Assembly (NCBI GenBank): GCA_951406725.2
Contig: OX597834.1
Location: 13,020,001-13,084,000 of the forward strand
Reading direction: 5' to 3'
Length of the DNA stretch: 64,000 bases
Origin: Octopus vulgaris
Taxonomy: Eukaryota
Below are positions 42,328 to 57,213 of the stretch, piece by piece. Below the pieces are notes generated by a model. It saw only the letters and a program-made list of their open reading frames with translations, did not search any database and was not told where the DNA came from. Positions within the stretch are counted from its first letter, which is position 1, and every line of letters begins with the position of its first letter. The translations under genes and the position numbers were made by a program.

Positions 42328-42335
<8 letters not shown>
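42118..42335. mobile_element. Small diverged fold-back related to 49162-49590
   Basis: Shared start gggtaaaattaattaat..aatttcac..gaccatt; inverted pair ttataattagtgttcagcaaagattt / aaatctttgctgaaccctaattataa; flanked by (TA)n. Confidence 0.7.
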
Positions 42336-42389
<54 letters not shown>

Positions 42390-42391
<2 letters not shown>

Positions 42392-42477
42392 CTTAGAATA
42401 ACTTAGAATAACTTAGAAAGGTTTTGGCCAGTATTGGCCTAGGCCATGTCTAACTTAATAGCACCACCTGGCAATTT
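42390..42477 (-). mobile_element. Extreme 3' end of the CR1/L2-group LINE with (TTCTAAGTTA)n tail
   Basis: Matches 25538-25600; three aacttagaa(t) repeats. Confidence 0.75.
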
Positions 42478-42633
42478 ATATATATATATATATACGCAAA
42501 TGATTCTGTCAGCTCACCGTCTTAGCATAGCATCAGTACTCCGTGTCATTCTAAAGGGAGCCGATTAACATCAAAGGAACGCTAAGTCTCAGACATATTG
42601 CTTTATATAATACTATATTACCTCATATAATAC

Positions 42634-43108
42634 CTATTTCTTTATTACCCACAAGGGGCTAAACATAGAGTGGACAAACAAGGACAAACATAGGTATTAA
42701 GTCGATTACATCGACCCCAGTGCGTAACTGGTACTTCTTTAATATACCCCGAAAGGATGAAAGGCAAAGTCGACCTCGGCGGAATTTGGACTCACAACGT
42801 AACAGCAGACGAAATAACGCAAAGCATTTTGGCCGGCGTGCTAACGTTTCTGCCAGCTCGCCGCCTCATATAATAACTATTTCTATATTACCAACAAGGG
42901 GCTAAACACAGAGGGGACAAACAAGGACAGACATAGGTATTAAGTCGATTACATCGACCCCAGTGCGTAACTGGTACTTATTTAATCGACCCCGAAAGGA
43001 TGAAAGGCAAAGTCGACCTAGGCGGAATTTGAACTCACAACGTAACGGCAGACGAAATAACACAAAGCATTTCGCCCGGCGTGCTAACGTTTCTGCCAGC
43101 TCGCCGCC
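42634..43108 (-). mobile_element. Head-to-tail dimer of full SINE B copies
   Basis: Two complete copies separated and flanked by cctcatataata(c/a) at 42621, about 42864 and about 43107. Confidence 0.92.
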
Positions 43109-43616
43109 TCATATAATACCATCTTGCTTTCCTTGTCGATGCAGACAAGATTTGTTTATCAAAAATTAGACAGAATTTGGAGTAAAAAAAAAAGGTATTG
43201 CAAACAGGCAGACGGTTTATTTCCTTTCTAGTAATTCAACATTTGCTTTAACAGTCATTAAACTTTTCTGAACTCATACCGTCAGCGTGCATCCTTAGCT
43301 TGGAGCTTTTAGTACAGGAATGAATAAACAGGACGACTAAGATCACAGGAAAACGTTTATATTTATTCAGAATTAATCGTGACTCGAGTCATAATAAAAG
43401 TGAAATTCCTATTGTTGTTGTCATATGTTATCGGTTTGCTCGAGGTCAGCCCTGACGGGGCAGAGCTGTTGAAAATAAATGCTGGATTTCTTTGTAAATA
43501 TATGTATGTACGTATATATAGTATATATGTGTGTATTTATACATAAATATATAATATATATATATAGAGAGAGAGAAAGAGAGAGTTATATGTGTGTGTG
43601 TGAGTTAGTGTGTGTG

Positions 43617-43731
<115 letters not shown>

Positions 43732-43927
43732 TATATGTACATATATATACATATATATGCATATATATATATATAGAGAGAAAATGAGGTACATATATAT
43801 GTACAGAGAGATACATACATATATAGTGAGAGATAGATATATGGTTACATAGATATGTTTCTGTGTATGTTTGTATATATGTATATATTTGTGCATGTTT
43901 GTATATGTGTATTTGAATGTATGTATC

Positions 43928-43984
<57 letters not shown>

Positions 43985-44094
43985 TCGCATACACAGACAT
44001 TTGAAGTAATTGGGTTGTTATTTCTAGGAGGTGAATTGCAGGCACAAGCTAAACCATTCTGAAATGATGATAGTGACTCCGAAAAATGTGTACC

Positions 44095-44500
44095 GAGTGG
44101 CTGTGTGGTAAGTAGCTTGCTAATCAACCACATGGTTGCGGATTCAGTCCCACTGCGTGGCATCTTGGGCAAGTGTCTTCTGCTCTAGCCCCGGGCCGGT
44201 CAATGTCTTGTGAGTGGATTTGGTAGACGGAAACTAAGAGAAGCCTGTCGTATATATGTATATATATGAGTGTGTGTGTGTTTCAGTGTCTGTGTTTGTC
44301 CCCCTAGCATTGCATGACAACCGATGCTGGTGTGTTTACGGCCCCGTCATCTTGCGGTTCGGCAAAACAGTCCGATAGAATAAGTACTGGGCTTACAAAG
44401 GATAAGTCCCGGGCTCGATTTGATCGAGTAAAGGCGGTGCTCCAGCATGGCCGCAGTCAAATGTCTGAAACAAGTAAAAGAGTAAAGAGAAAAGAGTAAA
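44095..44500 (+). mobile_element. SINE family A, full length
   Basis: Same architecture as the other A copies. Confidence 0.92.
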
Positions 44501-44832
44501 TCCAATGAATTGTGAATGACTATGCATACAACATTTATGACAACGGTGTTAACTGGTCTTGATCACACTCCAATGATCATGCATACAGCTCAGTTGGCAA
44601 AATACCAGAGTTTGCCAGTAACTCCTGCTTAGATCCATGTGTTTGCGCTTGTTTTCAGCTTCTCCCACGCACAGACACCCTAAACGTTTATACATGGAAT
44701 GTATAGTAACCGGTGTCTAAATATAGTACATAATTCCCAAGTTTTCATTCGAATTACTGAAACGATTTACCATCGTACCCAACTTTTGTTTTACAATTTT
44801 ATTTGAAACAAGGTCTGTGGCATATATATATA

Positions 44833-45252
44833 TATTTCTTTATTACCCACAAGGGGCTAAACTTAGGGGGTGGGCAAGCATGAACAGAAGAAGGTATTAA
44901 GTCAATTACATAGACCCCAGTGCATAACTGGTACTTAATTTATCGACCCCGAAAGAATGAAAGGCAAAGTCAACCTCGGCGGAATTATAACTCAGAACGT
45001 AACGACAGACGAAATATCTATTTCATTACTACCCAGAAGGAGCTAAACATAGAGGGAACAAACAAGGACAGAAAAAGACATTAAGTCAAAATTACATAGA
45101 TCCCAGTGCGTAACTGGTACTTAATTTATCGACTCCGAAAGGATGAAAGGCAAAGTCGATCTCGGCGGAATTTGAACTCAGAACGTAGCGGCAGACGAAA
45201 TACGACTACGCATTTCGCCCGGTGTGCTAACGACTCTGCTAGCTCGCCGCCT
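44833..45252 (-). mobile_element. SINE family B: head plus two tandem bodies
   Basis: Junction near 45010-45025 (minus strand gaatagatatttcgtctg) is at the same position as those in the 22669-23551 array. Confidence 0.9.
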
Positions 45253-46451
45253 TTCTGCGGTATATCGGAAAGAAAGAAGTCGCCATACTCGAGTGAATTC
45301 CGATTGCTAAAAGGCTTAAATGACTGAATATCATAAATGAGAGAAAAGTAAGACGATATCGATCTCAAAGATCAGCAGTTCGAGGAGAGAGAAACTATCG
45401 GAATAAAATGGAATATGACAACCAAGGTGTCCATAGTGAAAGAATGGACCAGACCAACAGGTGGGTAGTATATTCAAATGTCTCGGCAAAGAGTTATATA
45501 AAAGCTTTATCTGACCAAAGACATTGAACATTTTTATAGAAAATCACATAGGCGATGAGCAAAACACTACAAGCTAGTGGAAAAACGAGGACTGCCGAAG
45601 GTGCTAAATCAAGTCATTTTAAATTCAATTTGAGTGTTCATTTTATTCTCTAGTATATTCGTAAAATCGGGAAATGGTTGCTAGAAAAATAATTCATAAT
45701 GTCGTTTGAGATTTTCGACAATATACTGTACATAGTTTTGCTAAATTTGGATTCTACATCATCAAGCCGTTGTATGATATAAATCTATGAAAGATTAATA
45801 ACATAGATGACAGTATCTGATATAATATACGTTCAATGTCGACATTAGGATGGACACAATTCATGTGATATTGCTGGTGTTTGTCAAATAAACACTATCA
45901 ACCAAGTACGCTTGCGATGTCGTGTGTCTCGTGTTTCGTTTTCCATATTCATTGGAGTTTGCGAGGAAATAGACATATATAGTGAGATACATGCATACGT
46001 ATATACATCCATACGTAGTTACACCCACATACAGAAACACACACGCACACAAACACACGTTTAGGTGCAAAGTCACACACACACGTATATGTATGTATAT
46101 ATATATGTATGTATATACATATATGCGTGTATCTAAGTATGTATGAATTAATGTATGTAAGGATGTATATGCGCACGTGCATATGTATAACTATTTTCAT
46201 ACATCTCTTTCTCTCTCTCTATATATATATATATCTACTCACACACACACACATAGATATATATATATATATATTGCTTTTGTGTAAATATGTCCCTATG
46301 TATCTATATATATATATATGAGAATATTTATGTATATATACATATAGATGTATATGCATATATATATATATGTGTGTGTGTGTGTATGTGTGTATGTGTG
46401 TATGTATGTGTGTATATATGTATGTATCAGGGTATGTGCTTTGATGTATAC

Positions 46452-46485
<34 letters not shown>

Positions 46486-46499
46486 TTTGTATTTACATA

Positions 46500-46963
<464 letters not shown>

Positions 46964-47498
46964 GTGTTACGCTCAACTTGATTCATTGGGCAATGAGTTC
47001 GTTCGGAAAATGGGTCTTGGCTATTGTCAGAATAAATCATCATTTGTAATACATCAATTCTTAATATGGATCTTTATTGTAGGTATATTTCCCATAGAGA
47101 TTCTTAGGGGACCGTCTGCGGTTGCGGAGGGGGGAATATATATTGATAAAAGTCTCTAAAATTCTAGACAATCGGACGCTGCCATTTGTTTGAAATGGGA
47201 CAAAATATGTCCGATTCTTACATCAATATAATATAGAATATATATATATATCAGGCGACACGATTTGGGGAATTTTAATTGAAAAGCTTGTCAAATGATG
47301 AAATCTCAGTGGATTCTAGGAATATATTATAGGTACCCACACTACAGGGAGGGAGAAGCCCACACGCAGACTCACAGATAGTCATAAACGCACAGACAAT
47401 CACATACATATATTTACGAAGAGAGGTCTATGGAAGATATATATAGCATTTCAAATATAAGCGTGGATACACAAATATAGACCACGATGTATATATAA

Positions 47499-47582
<84 letters not shown>

Positions 47583-47585
47583 CAT

Positions 47586-47669
<84 letters not shown>

Positions 47670-47795
47670 GCATATAGGTATATGCATATATATATATGTG
47701 TGTGTGTGTGTGTATGTATATCTATATATATGTATACATATACAAGCGTATATACGTATGACTTATATATATGTATATATATATATACAAATATG

Positions 47796-47829
<34 letters not shown>

Positions 47830-48284
47830 ATGCAATATATATATATGTATATATATATGCATATATTCACTTATATACGCGAATATGTGTGTGTGTGTCA
47901 GTGAGATATATTTATGAAGAGAAATGTAACACAGACAACGTAGGTATATTTTAGCAAACATTGAAGGCCATTCAAAAACACACACACACATACAAACACA
48001 CATACAAACACACACACAAACACACACACAGACACTCGCGCAAAAACACACAGACATGAACATACACACACTCACACGTATACAAACACACACATGTATA
48101 TAAATATTCATGTATTATTGTATCTAATGTGTATACGAATAACTAAGTTGATTCATAAACCAACATATAAATACATACAGAGGCACACACTTATCTATAT
48201 ATGTATATATACATATATCATGGCGAAAGGCTGGAGGATTGGCTAAGTGAGAGACGGACAGAAGTTACTGCCATTTGAAATATC

Positions 48285-48652
48285 GTGGTTAGGGTAGCGG
48301 ACTCGCGGTCAGAGGATCGCAGTTTCGATTCCCAGACCGGGCGTTGTGAGTGTTTATTGAGCGAAAACACCTAAAAGCTCCACAAGGCTCCGGCAGGGGA
48401 TGGTTGTGATCCCTGCTGTACTCTTTCACCACAACTTTCTCTCACTCTTACTTCCTGTTTCTGTTTTACCTGTATTTCAAAGGGGCCGGCCTTGTCATTC
48501 TCTGCGTCACGCTGAATATCCCCGAGAACTACGTTAAGGGTACACGTGTCTGTGGAGTGCTCAGCCACTTACACGTTAATTTCACGAGCAGGCTGTTCCG
48601 TTGATTCGGATCAACCGGAACCCTCGTCGTCGTAACCGACGGAGTGCTTCCA
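48285..48652 (+). mobile_element. SINE family C (OR1/OR2-like), slightly 5'-truncated
   Basis: gtggttagggtagcggactcgcgg...gtttcgattcccagacc...accgacggagtgcttcca. Confidence 0.92.
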
Positions 48653-48827
48653 TTATTCCATTTCTTCACAAAATATACTGCTTTTAATACAAAATGCTGG
48701 ATGCAGAGACGAAAGTGACTTGATATTAAAGTGATTGTAAGATTACAAAGAATTCTTAAAGCTGTGACACATGCGAATATTATAGTTTCTACGCATATAT
48801 ACGTGCACGTGTATAATTATGTATATT

Positions 48828-48861
<34 letters not shown>

Positions 48862-48874
48862 TGTACGTATGCTA

Positions 48875-49656
48875 TTTTACTATCTTTTACTCTTTTACTT
48901 GTTTCAGTCATGTGACGGTGGCCATTCTGGAGCACCACCTTTAGTCGAGCAAATCGACCCCACGACATATTCTTTGTAAGCCTAGTACTTATTCTATCCG
49001 TCCCTTTAACCGATCCGCTAAGTTACGGAGACGTAAAACCACCAGCATCGGTTGTTAAAGCGACGTTGGGGGGACAAACACACACAAACTTATACACATA
49101 CATACGTACATACATACATACATACATACATACCTACATATATATATATATATATATATATCAACAATTGAGGGTAAAATTAATTAATCAATTTCACCAA
49201 GTGTTCAGTATGTAAAAGGACCATTTAAGGCGAATTCAAAATATTACATTATATAATTAGGGCTTAGTAAAATAAATTACTTTGCCACATACTGAACTTA
49301 GTAGAAATAGCAGCCCCAAAAAATTTTTTAGCCGTTTCTACTACTTAAAGAAAATTTCTCTCAGATAATGTTTACTCCAGACAGCTCACGAAGGTTTGGG
49401 GGTACTTGTGATATTTTTCTGTATTTACCTCCAAACCTTCGTGAGCTGTCTGGAGTAAACATTATCTGAGAGAAATTTTCTTTAAGTAGTAGAAATGGCT
49501 AAAAAAATTTTCTTTGGCTGCTATTTCTGCTAAGTTCAGTATGTGGCAAAGTAATTTATTTTACTAAGCCCTAATTATATAATGTAATATATATATATAT
49601 ATATATATACATATACACGTCGGGGCTACTTTCAGCTTGCAAATCCACTCACAAGG
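48875..49656 (-). mobile_element. SINE family A split by a fold-back insertion and truncated next to a Helitron
   Basis: 3' half at 48875-49140; continuation ctttcag..caaatccactcacaagg at 49616-49656. Confidence 0.8.
49162..49590. mobile_element. Near-perfect fold-back element in (TA)n (PLE inverted-pLTR-like)
   Basis: Arms 49241-49404 and 49426-49590 with few mismatches, 21-nt spacer, unpaired left extension of about 80 bp. Confidence 0.9.
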
Positions 49657-49665
49657 ATATATATA

Positions 49666-50061
49666 TCTTTATATATAAAAGTCAAGTTGTGTGTCTGTCT
49701 CCTACGATTTAGATTCCTAACTACTCCCACCTTTTGCGGTGCAGCTTAACCAAAACCGGAACTCTTATAGTCGTGATTCATATCGAGCCCTTCTGGGTAT
49801 TAGCGCGCGTCTACGACGAGTCTACGATTTAAAAAAAAATTACCGTCATTTTTTTCCATTTCAATGCATTTTTTCGCTATTATATAAGGGAAGTAACTCT
49901 CTAAAAATGTCTCCGATGAGTCAACGATTTAAAAAAAAAATTACCATCATTTTTTTACCAGTTTTAATGCATTTTTTGCTATTCTTTTGCTATAACTCTC
50001 TAAAAATGCTTATATAGTTATTTCCCTTACAAACCCGAGCAACGCCGGGCGAAACTGCTAG
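49666..50061 (+). mobile_element. Non-autonomous Helitron
   Basis: A|TC...cccgagcaacgccggg..CTAG|T; colinear with 2491-2885. Confidence 0.85.
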
Positions 50062-50192
50062 TGTATATATATATATATATATCTACATAGATAAATAGAT
50101 AGGTAGGTAGTTATGTAGGTAAGCAGGTAGGTAAAAGGATGGATGGATTCATATTTCGATGAACGTATTATGTTTGAACACATCTATGAATA

Positions 50193-50291
<99 letters not shown>

Positions 50292-50667
50292 ATATGCGTA
50301 TATTGTATGCTAATAATATCTTTAATGTTTATGTATATCTACGTATGGCGCGAAGATGACATAAAAATGTTTATTATTAATGACAATTAAACAACACAAA
50401 CCTCGAATCCGTTCGGTGCAGCACAAGGAAGATTCAACTTTCGAAATGGAGACAAATTAAATCTCAGTCGTTTCATTGTTCCTCCGAAACAAATCAATAT
50501 CAACGAACTCGATATAGCCGAAGGCATGACTGTGAGACGTACTAAACATTCCGGTAAAGATATAGTTACCGAATAATAGAATATATCTAAGAGGCATTTC
50601 AGTTCTGTTAATGATCTTCTTCTTGGATCAACTGGCTTTGTTTACAATAGTAATACCGTTACGTCGC

Positions 50668-51053
50668 GTGGAGGCGCAATGGCCAAGTGGTTAGGGCAGC
50701 GAACTCGCGGTCATAGGATCGCGGTTTCGATTCCCAGACCGGGCGTTGTGAGTGTTTATTGAGCGAAAACACCTAAAAGTTCTACGAGGCTCCAGCAGGG
50801 GATGGTGGTGATCCCTGCTGTACTCTTTCACCACAACTTTCTCTCACTCTTACTTCCTGTTTCTGTTGTACCTGTATTTCAAAGGGCCGGCCTTGTCACT
50901 CTCTGTGTCACGCTGAATATCCCCGAGAACTACGTTAAGGGTACACGTGTCTGTGGAGTGCTCAGCCACTTACACGTTAATTTCACGAGCAGGCTGCTCC
51001 GTTGATTCGAATCAACCGGAACCCTCGTCGTCGTAACCGACGGAGTGCTTCCA
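50668..51053 (+). mobile_element. SINE family C, full length (OR1/OR2-like)
   Basis: A box tggccaagtgg, B box gtttcgattcc; TSD accgttacgt at 50655-50664 and 51057-51066. Confidence 0.93.
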
Positions 51054-51205
51054 TCCACCGTTACGTTTTGGTTAGTGTTTTCATATTGATGACCGTGGAT
51101 ACATAAGAAATGCTTTCTTATTTTCTAATGACGATAAATTCTTCTTCGTAAGGATGTCAACGTTCTTTGTTTCTTTTTTTAGATTGTGTGTGTTTGGATC
51201 TATCC

Positions 51206-51434
51206 GTTTCTTTATTACCCACAAGGGGCCAAACATAGAGGGGACAAACAAGGACAGACAAACGGATTAAGTCGATTACATCGACCCCAGAGCTTAACTA
51301 GTACTTAATTTATCGACCCTGAAAGGATGAAAGGCAAAGTCGATATCGGCGGAATTTGAACTCAGAACGTAACGGCAGACGAAATACGGCTACGCATTTC
51401 GCCCGGCGTGCTAACGATTCAGCCAACTCGCCGC
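51206..51434 (-). mobile_element. SINE family B monomer
   Basis: Full body; TSD-like tttg(g/c)atctatc on both sides. Confidence 0.9.
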
Positions 51435-52111
51435 ATTTTTGCATCTATCTGCGTTGTCTTGACTGGTTTCCTTAACAGTTTAATTGATATTCACACATAT
51501 GTCGGTACGGTCTGTCTATTCCTACGTATATTGTCCAAGCCTGCTTCACCAACAAAATTTAATATGCTTCATCATCGAGGTCTCCTCAGGTCGAACATTC
51601 TCATATACTTTCCCCAAATCACTTTGACAGTAAGGTTCACGCCTACCTATCTACATTATGCTTTTCCTAAAAATAAATCGATTTTCTTATTTTATTGAAG
51701 TTATCTTCTACTCTCTTTGATTTTATTTTACGTTTTATATTTTTAAACACCACATTTTTTTTTCATTTATTAACTTGCTATTCATGCTACAAAATGTTCC
51801 GTCTTTTTAAAAGTTGCTTCAGTTTCATTTCAATGAAGTCTAATAATTCGTTCGCTGCGAAACACGTTCTAATCTTCTCTGTTTTATTTAGTATTTTTGT
51901 CCCATCTGACAAGTTTAAAATCTCGAGTAGAAATATGTCATAATGCTACGGAGTGCAAAAATAATTAATTTTATTTGGTTGAACTTCTAAAAATACTCTA
52001 ACCTCAGTCTTACAGTAACTGCATCCTACTCGTTATTACCCTAGCTCTTACTTTCATAAATACAGCCTATTCGATTAAATCCATTCCATCCGTCCATTTC
52101 ATGAGGATGAT

Positions 52112-52341
52112 CGGCGAGCTGGCAGAAACGTTAGCACGCCGGGTGAAATGCGTAGCCGTATTTCGTCTGCCGTTACGTTCTGAGTTGAAATTACGCCGAG
52201 GTCGACTCTGCCTTTCATCCTTTCGGGGTCGATAAATTAAGTACCAGTTACGCACTGGGATCGATGTAATCGACTTAATACATATGTCCGTCCTTGTTTG
52301 CCCCCTCTATGTTTAGCCCCTTGTGGGTAGTAAAGAAATAG
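52112..52341 (+). mobile_element. SINE family B monomer
   Basis: cggcgagctggcagaaacg...gtaaagaaatag. Confidence 0.9.
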
Positions 52342-53288
52342 ATATGTGTTGCGAGAAGATTCGGTTATTTCTAAGCTGGTCAAGACAGTTTGCGGAGTTC
52401 CTTTGTTGTATCATTAGCTTCATTGACGTCCACGTGGTTGCTGGTGTTTTATTTACGTCTCATATTACGCTTGTTGCTGATAGTGTCTCTGTCATTGTAA
52501 AATCGAGGGCCAACCTGCATACCCAGACAAATCTTCAAAATTGGTCCATCAATGCAAACCGTCTTCTTGAGCTATTTTAAACTAAATCATCGAATATGGT
52601 TTTTTTTTTCTCATGAGAATACGTTAATGTATTGTTTAGATTAGATTTATTTATTTACTACTTTTTATAGGTCGACGCACGAGATACATACTCCGTCGTC
52701 GACGAGTATATACAATATGGGAATTTCAGTTTACACGTGAAATAATTTGAAAGGCCAGGCTATTAAATTAAAGCGATAAAAAGAAAACGACTATAAAATT
52801 GCCGCTAAAATCCATAACAGTAAATTGTATCAACAAAGAGCCATAATGTCTGTATCTCTATTAATTTTACGTTTATTTTGTGGCTTAAATCATAAAATAT
52901 CGGTCCACTACCATAACAACTCGTTTCCATAGTGGTTTAATAGGTATTTCATTTGACTTACATTAGCTGCTGACCTGCAGCATGCCAATGGAAATCATGC
53001 AATAACTTACATCTAGCCTTTTCATTTACTATGTCAGCATAAACGTCCAAAGTAACTATGATTTGCATATCATTCCTTATACAGATTCTGCATTTGAAGA
53101 TGGTTAAAACGGACGTTGACGCTACACCCACAGAACGCTTAAATTCTACATTTTAATATAATTTTACATGGCTCAGAGTACATGAAATGGTGTCTAATAA
53201 ATGTATGAGTTTATAAATATTTATAACCAGCTTTTCAACAATAATATCTCCGTAAATTAGAGCGATGTGTGACACTTTACTCTCTCTC

Positions 53289-53338
<50 letters not shown>

Positions 53339-53426
53339 ACCTCAAAATAGGAACCACGTTACATACCCACACACACGAATATGTACATACACTCGTACAT
53401 GGAAACACATGAGTATGTATATATAG

Positions 53427-53480
<54 letters not shown>

Positions 53481-53554
53481 ATAAACATATATATATATAT
53501 GATTATACGCATACACATACATATATACACACACACATATATAATATATATAAA

Positions 53555-54612
53555 TAAACGCAGGTGTCTTCCGACATACGATTCGGAGACAACGTTGGTA
53601 TTATTCCAGAAGGAATAAAATAGTCTAAAACAATGCAATCGTCTCTCTAGGGAAATAAAGAATATATACTCATCAATAAGACATTTTAAGAGAATGTGAT
53701 GACTGCGTATAATGATGAACGGAACGCTAATAAGTTGCAGTTTTTTTTTAAACCTTTAGTAGATTTAACGTTAAAAGTATTATACAGAAAGGGAAGGAAA
53801 GAAAGCTAATAGTGTAGAGATATAGAGCGATGATTGAATTAAAATAAAGCTTAAAAGCGTGGAATTAGATATATCTAGTGGAAGTGAAATGTAAGAAGAC
53901 GATAAAAGATCAAATTTTATAGAATGCTAGAAATCACGTATAGGAAGAAAAGGTATGTTTCCGCCAATGTTTAGAACGATAAACGTGTTCTATAAACGTG
54001 TTTAAATGGGGATACTTTGAGAATAGAATATAAGACAACTCGCTATTACAAAGCGAGCAGAAATGTTTACCTTTATTGTACTGTAAATAAACAGAGAGAC
54101 GTCTGTTATACATATAGGTGATTCTTCATATCAGTAGTCCAAAATAATACTTAATCGTTACTCTACATTTAGGCATATCAATAAACGTAACAATTCAGGG
54201 CTTAGTAAATTAATCTGTTATCTAAAATATCATAAGAAACAATTTGATTTGGAATGCAATTTTCGCTTTGTTTTTATTTAAGCTTTATTTTAATTCACTC
54301 ATCGCTCTATATTTCTTCACTATTAGTTTTCTACTAATTTCTTTCCTTCGCATTTTTCTCTTTCTGTATGCTACCCTTAACTTTTATATCTACTAACGGT
54401 TTAAAATTAAAAAAAAAATAATAGTATTTTGTTCATCATTATACACAGGCATCACATTCTGTTAAAATGTCTTATTTATGTGTTTAGTTTCTTTCTTTCC
54501 CTGATTAGAAGATTGCATTGTTTTAGACCATTTTATTCCTTCTGGAATAATACCAATGTTGTCTTCGAAGCATATGTCGGAAGTAAAACAATTTAAATAA
54601 CACCTGTGTTTA
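53555..54612. mobile_element. Diverged long inverted repeat (arms of about 300 bp, spacer of about 420 bp)
   Basis: Arms 53555-53854 and 54278-54612 (ttggtattattccagaaggaataaaat / attttattccttctggaataataccaa; aattaaaataaagcttaa / ttaagctttattttaatt). Confidence 0.85.
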
Positions 54613-54877
54613 ACTTGATTCATTTACTTATATATATTATACAAAGCATTTCACCTTAACCCATATTTCTACCTATATAAATAGGTTGTTACATCCTTGT
54701 TACTTGTATAATTTTTGCTACCTTGTAACTGTTTATTTATTTTTTCTGTGTAACTTGTAAATACGGGAAACACACACACACACACATATATATATACATA
54801 AATTTGCCATAAAAATAATAACAATGTTTTCAAATTGTGGCGCAAGGCACACAATTCCATAGAGGTGGTTAAAATCA

Positions 54878-55040
54878 ATTACAAAGACACCACCACTCAG
54901 CTGGTACTCATTTTAGACCCCGAAAGGAGCAAAGGAATAGTCGTCCTCGACAAAATTTGAACTCGAATATTAAGGGCGGACGACATGCCAGTGAATATTT
55001 TGTCCGCTACGCTAACAGCTCTGGAAGCTCCTCGCCTTAA
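54878..55040 (-). mobile_element. Degenerate SINE family B
   Basis: ctggtactcattttagaccccgaaagg...aatttgaactc...ctcgcctt. Confidence 0.65.
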
Positions 55041-55224
55041 CGATAAAACTGATATTAGAAAAAATGCACAATTATCATTTCTACTTATTGCTAAAATGTA
55101 GGTTTTAAAAATATTAAGATGATGATCATGATGGTAATGAACAAGAAGATAAAGCCAAAATATTAATAGATGCGAACCAACATACATACTGGCTTACATA
55201 TACACATATTTCCATATAAATATT

Positions 55225-55460
55225 AAAAAAGCCTAGCCAGGCTCATTGGGCCGGGTTCCGGTTTCTATGGCGTATGTGTTCCCCAAATGGACGGGACGCA
55301 GTCCATCGCAGCGTCATTCATATTTGCCACCTGAGTGTACTGGAGCAACATGAAATGAAGTGTTTTGCTCAAGAACAACGCGTCACCCGGTTCAGGAATC
55401 GAAACCACAATCTTACGAACATGATGCTGACACTGTAACCACTAAGCCACGCACCTCCAC
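55225..55460 (-). mobile_element. tRNA-derived SINE family F (V-domain-like body)
   Basis: Minus strand gtggaggtgcgtggcttagtggtt (A box)...gtttcgattcc (B box)...gttcttgagcaaaacacttca..ttgctccagtacactcag. Confidence 0.75.
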
Positions 55461-55590
55461 CTATGTACATATATATGGATTTATTTATGTATCTGTATAT
55501 ATATATATACATACACAAATACACACAGACACATACACACACAGACACATACACACACATATATGTTATATATGCACGCATATATACAAA

Positions 55591-55621
<31 letters not shown>

Positions 55622-56959
55622 GGGTGTATATTTATATGCAAGTATGCATGTGTGAGTGTATGTGTGCATGTGCATGTGTATGTGTGTGTTTGGATAGTTT
55701 CAATATAGTTCATTATTATGATTTTTCTTTTATAAATTCATAACCAGGCATATTATGTATCAAAGCCTCTTTCACCACTTTCTCTGTTTATGCGTATATT
55801 TCCTTGATTTTTGCTTTGATGTGAATGCATCTACATTATTAACAGCGTATAAATCTTTTAGATTCAGTTTCTTATTTGTGTTTTATTGATGTAACGGGCC
55901 GATGCAATGGAAGAAAGGAGACTGAATGCTTTGCAATATATAGTCACATCCATTTTTCTTTTCAGCATAAATCCCAGCGGGTTAAAATTTATTCATATAG
56001 TTGCGTTGGTCTAATCGATTATGCAAGTCTCCGCCAAATGTAGAACTTTGAGCCAATGTCAAAACCGATTAATTTTTGTTGTTTTATCAGAGAGAATTTT
56101 GTCTTTGTTGGAAAACTGAGAGGTTGATCTTGTACAAATACCAACAAAACCTTGAGTTCATTGTATTGCTAACGAAGCTATATTGACCTTTCAATATAAA
56201 GTTTTTGTCTGTTAAGTCCTTCCAAGTTTCTTTCACTTTCTTTATGTATTTCTACGTTTCAATGTTTGTTTCTTTCTTTAGTAATGGTATCGATTATCTT
56301 CTTTGAAGTGGAGCGCATAGTAGAGAAAAAAAAATTCAATACACGTTTGAACGTACATAAGAACAAACAATAAAATTCTACTCAGTTTCACCTTTAACAT
56401 TGTCAGGATCAGACAAATTAATGAAGAGATAATTGGAAAGCAATGGTAATCACTGAGAAACAAATTAAATGTGAATAATTAAAAATTTGAAGTAAGAAAA
56501 AAAAACAATACAATCCAATAAGATGCGTGAGATTGTCACCAAACTAAACAACAAAAATAATATCTAGGTAGTGAGTAGATTCTAGAAATAGCAATTACAT
56601 CACATATCAAAGGCCAGTGAATGTAAAATCAAGAAAAACTCATAAACAATGGCGACTTCACTGTACAACAAGATATTCGCAGCTACAAAATAATTTGAAA
56701 TGTGGTTTGTTTAAGAAGCGGTCAGTTGGAATTAAATGTCATATCTCACAGATTACATCGTTAAATTATAGGTAAAAGAAGTATGTAGCAGAAATAATTC
56801 AATAATTCTATATATTCATATGCATAAGTGTGTATGTGAGTTTCTATATGGTTTGCCAGATTCAAAGGTACATTTTAGATGGGCTGGTTATGCGACACAG
56901 ATATAGGCTGCGACTGAGTATGTATGTATATATATGTGTATACGCCATGATAGATCGTT

Positions 56960-57131
56960 AGCTACAACACACATTTTTTCTCTCCTTGTTTTTTTCTGTG
57001 TATCCTTCTGTAGAAGGGCGTAGGTTCGAAACGTAAAATCCTTTTTCTATTCCTAAGTACTATACTAATACATCTGCTTGTTTGTACACCACCTGCCTGC
57101 GTCTTTTGTTTATTTTCGTAAACTTTCCCAT

Positions 57132-57133
<2 letters not shown>
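56960..57133 (+). mobile_element. Family G PLE-like terminal fragment with variant hammerhead (57006-57038)
   Basis: TT-CTGTAGA-A-GGGC(gtag)GTTC-GAAA-CGTA^-AA; ends in (TA)n; homologous to 1522-1680. Confidence 0.65.

Positions 57134-57213
<80 letters not shown>

Noticed and set aside
50668-50745. tRNA gene candidates at SINE heads (also 14235-14306 and 55385-55460)
   Set aside because: A and B boxes are present, but acceptor stems do not close and the sequence runs on into repeat bodies.
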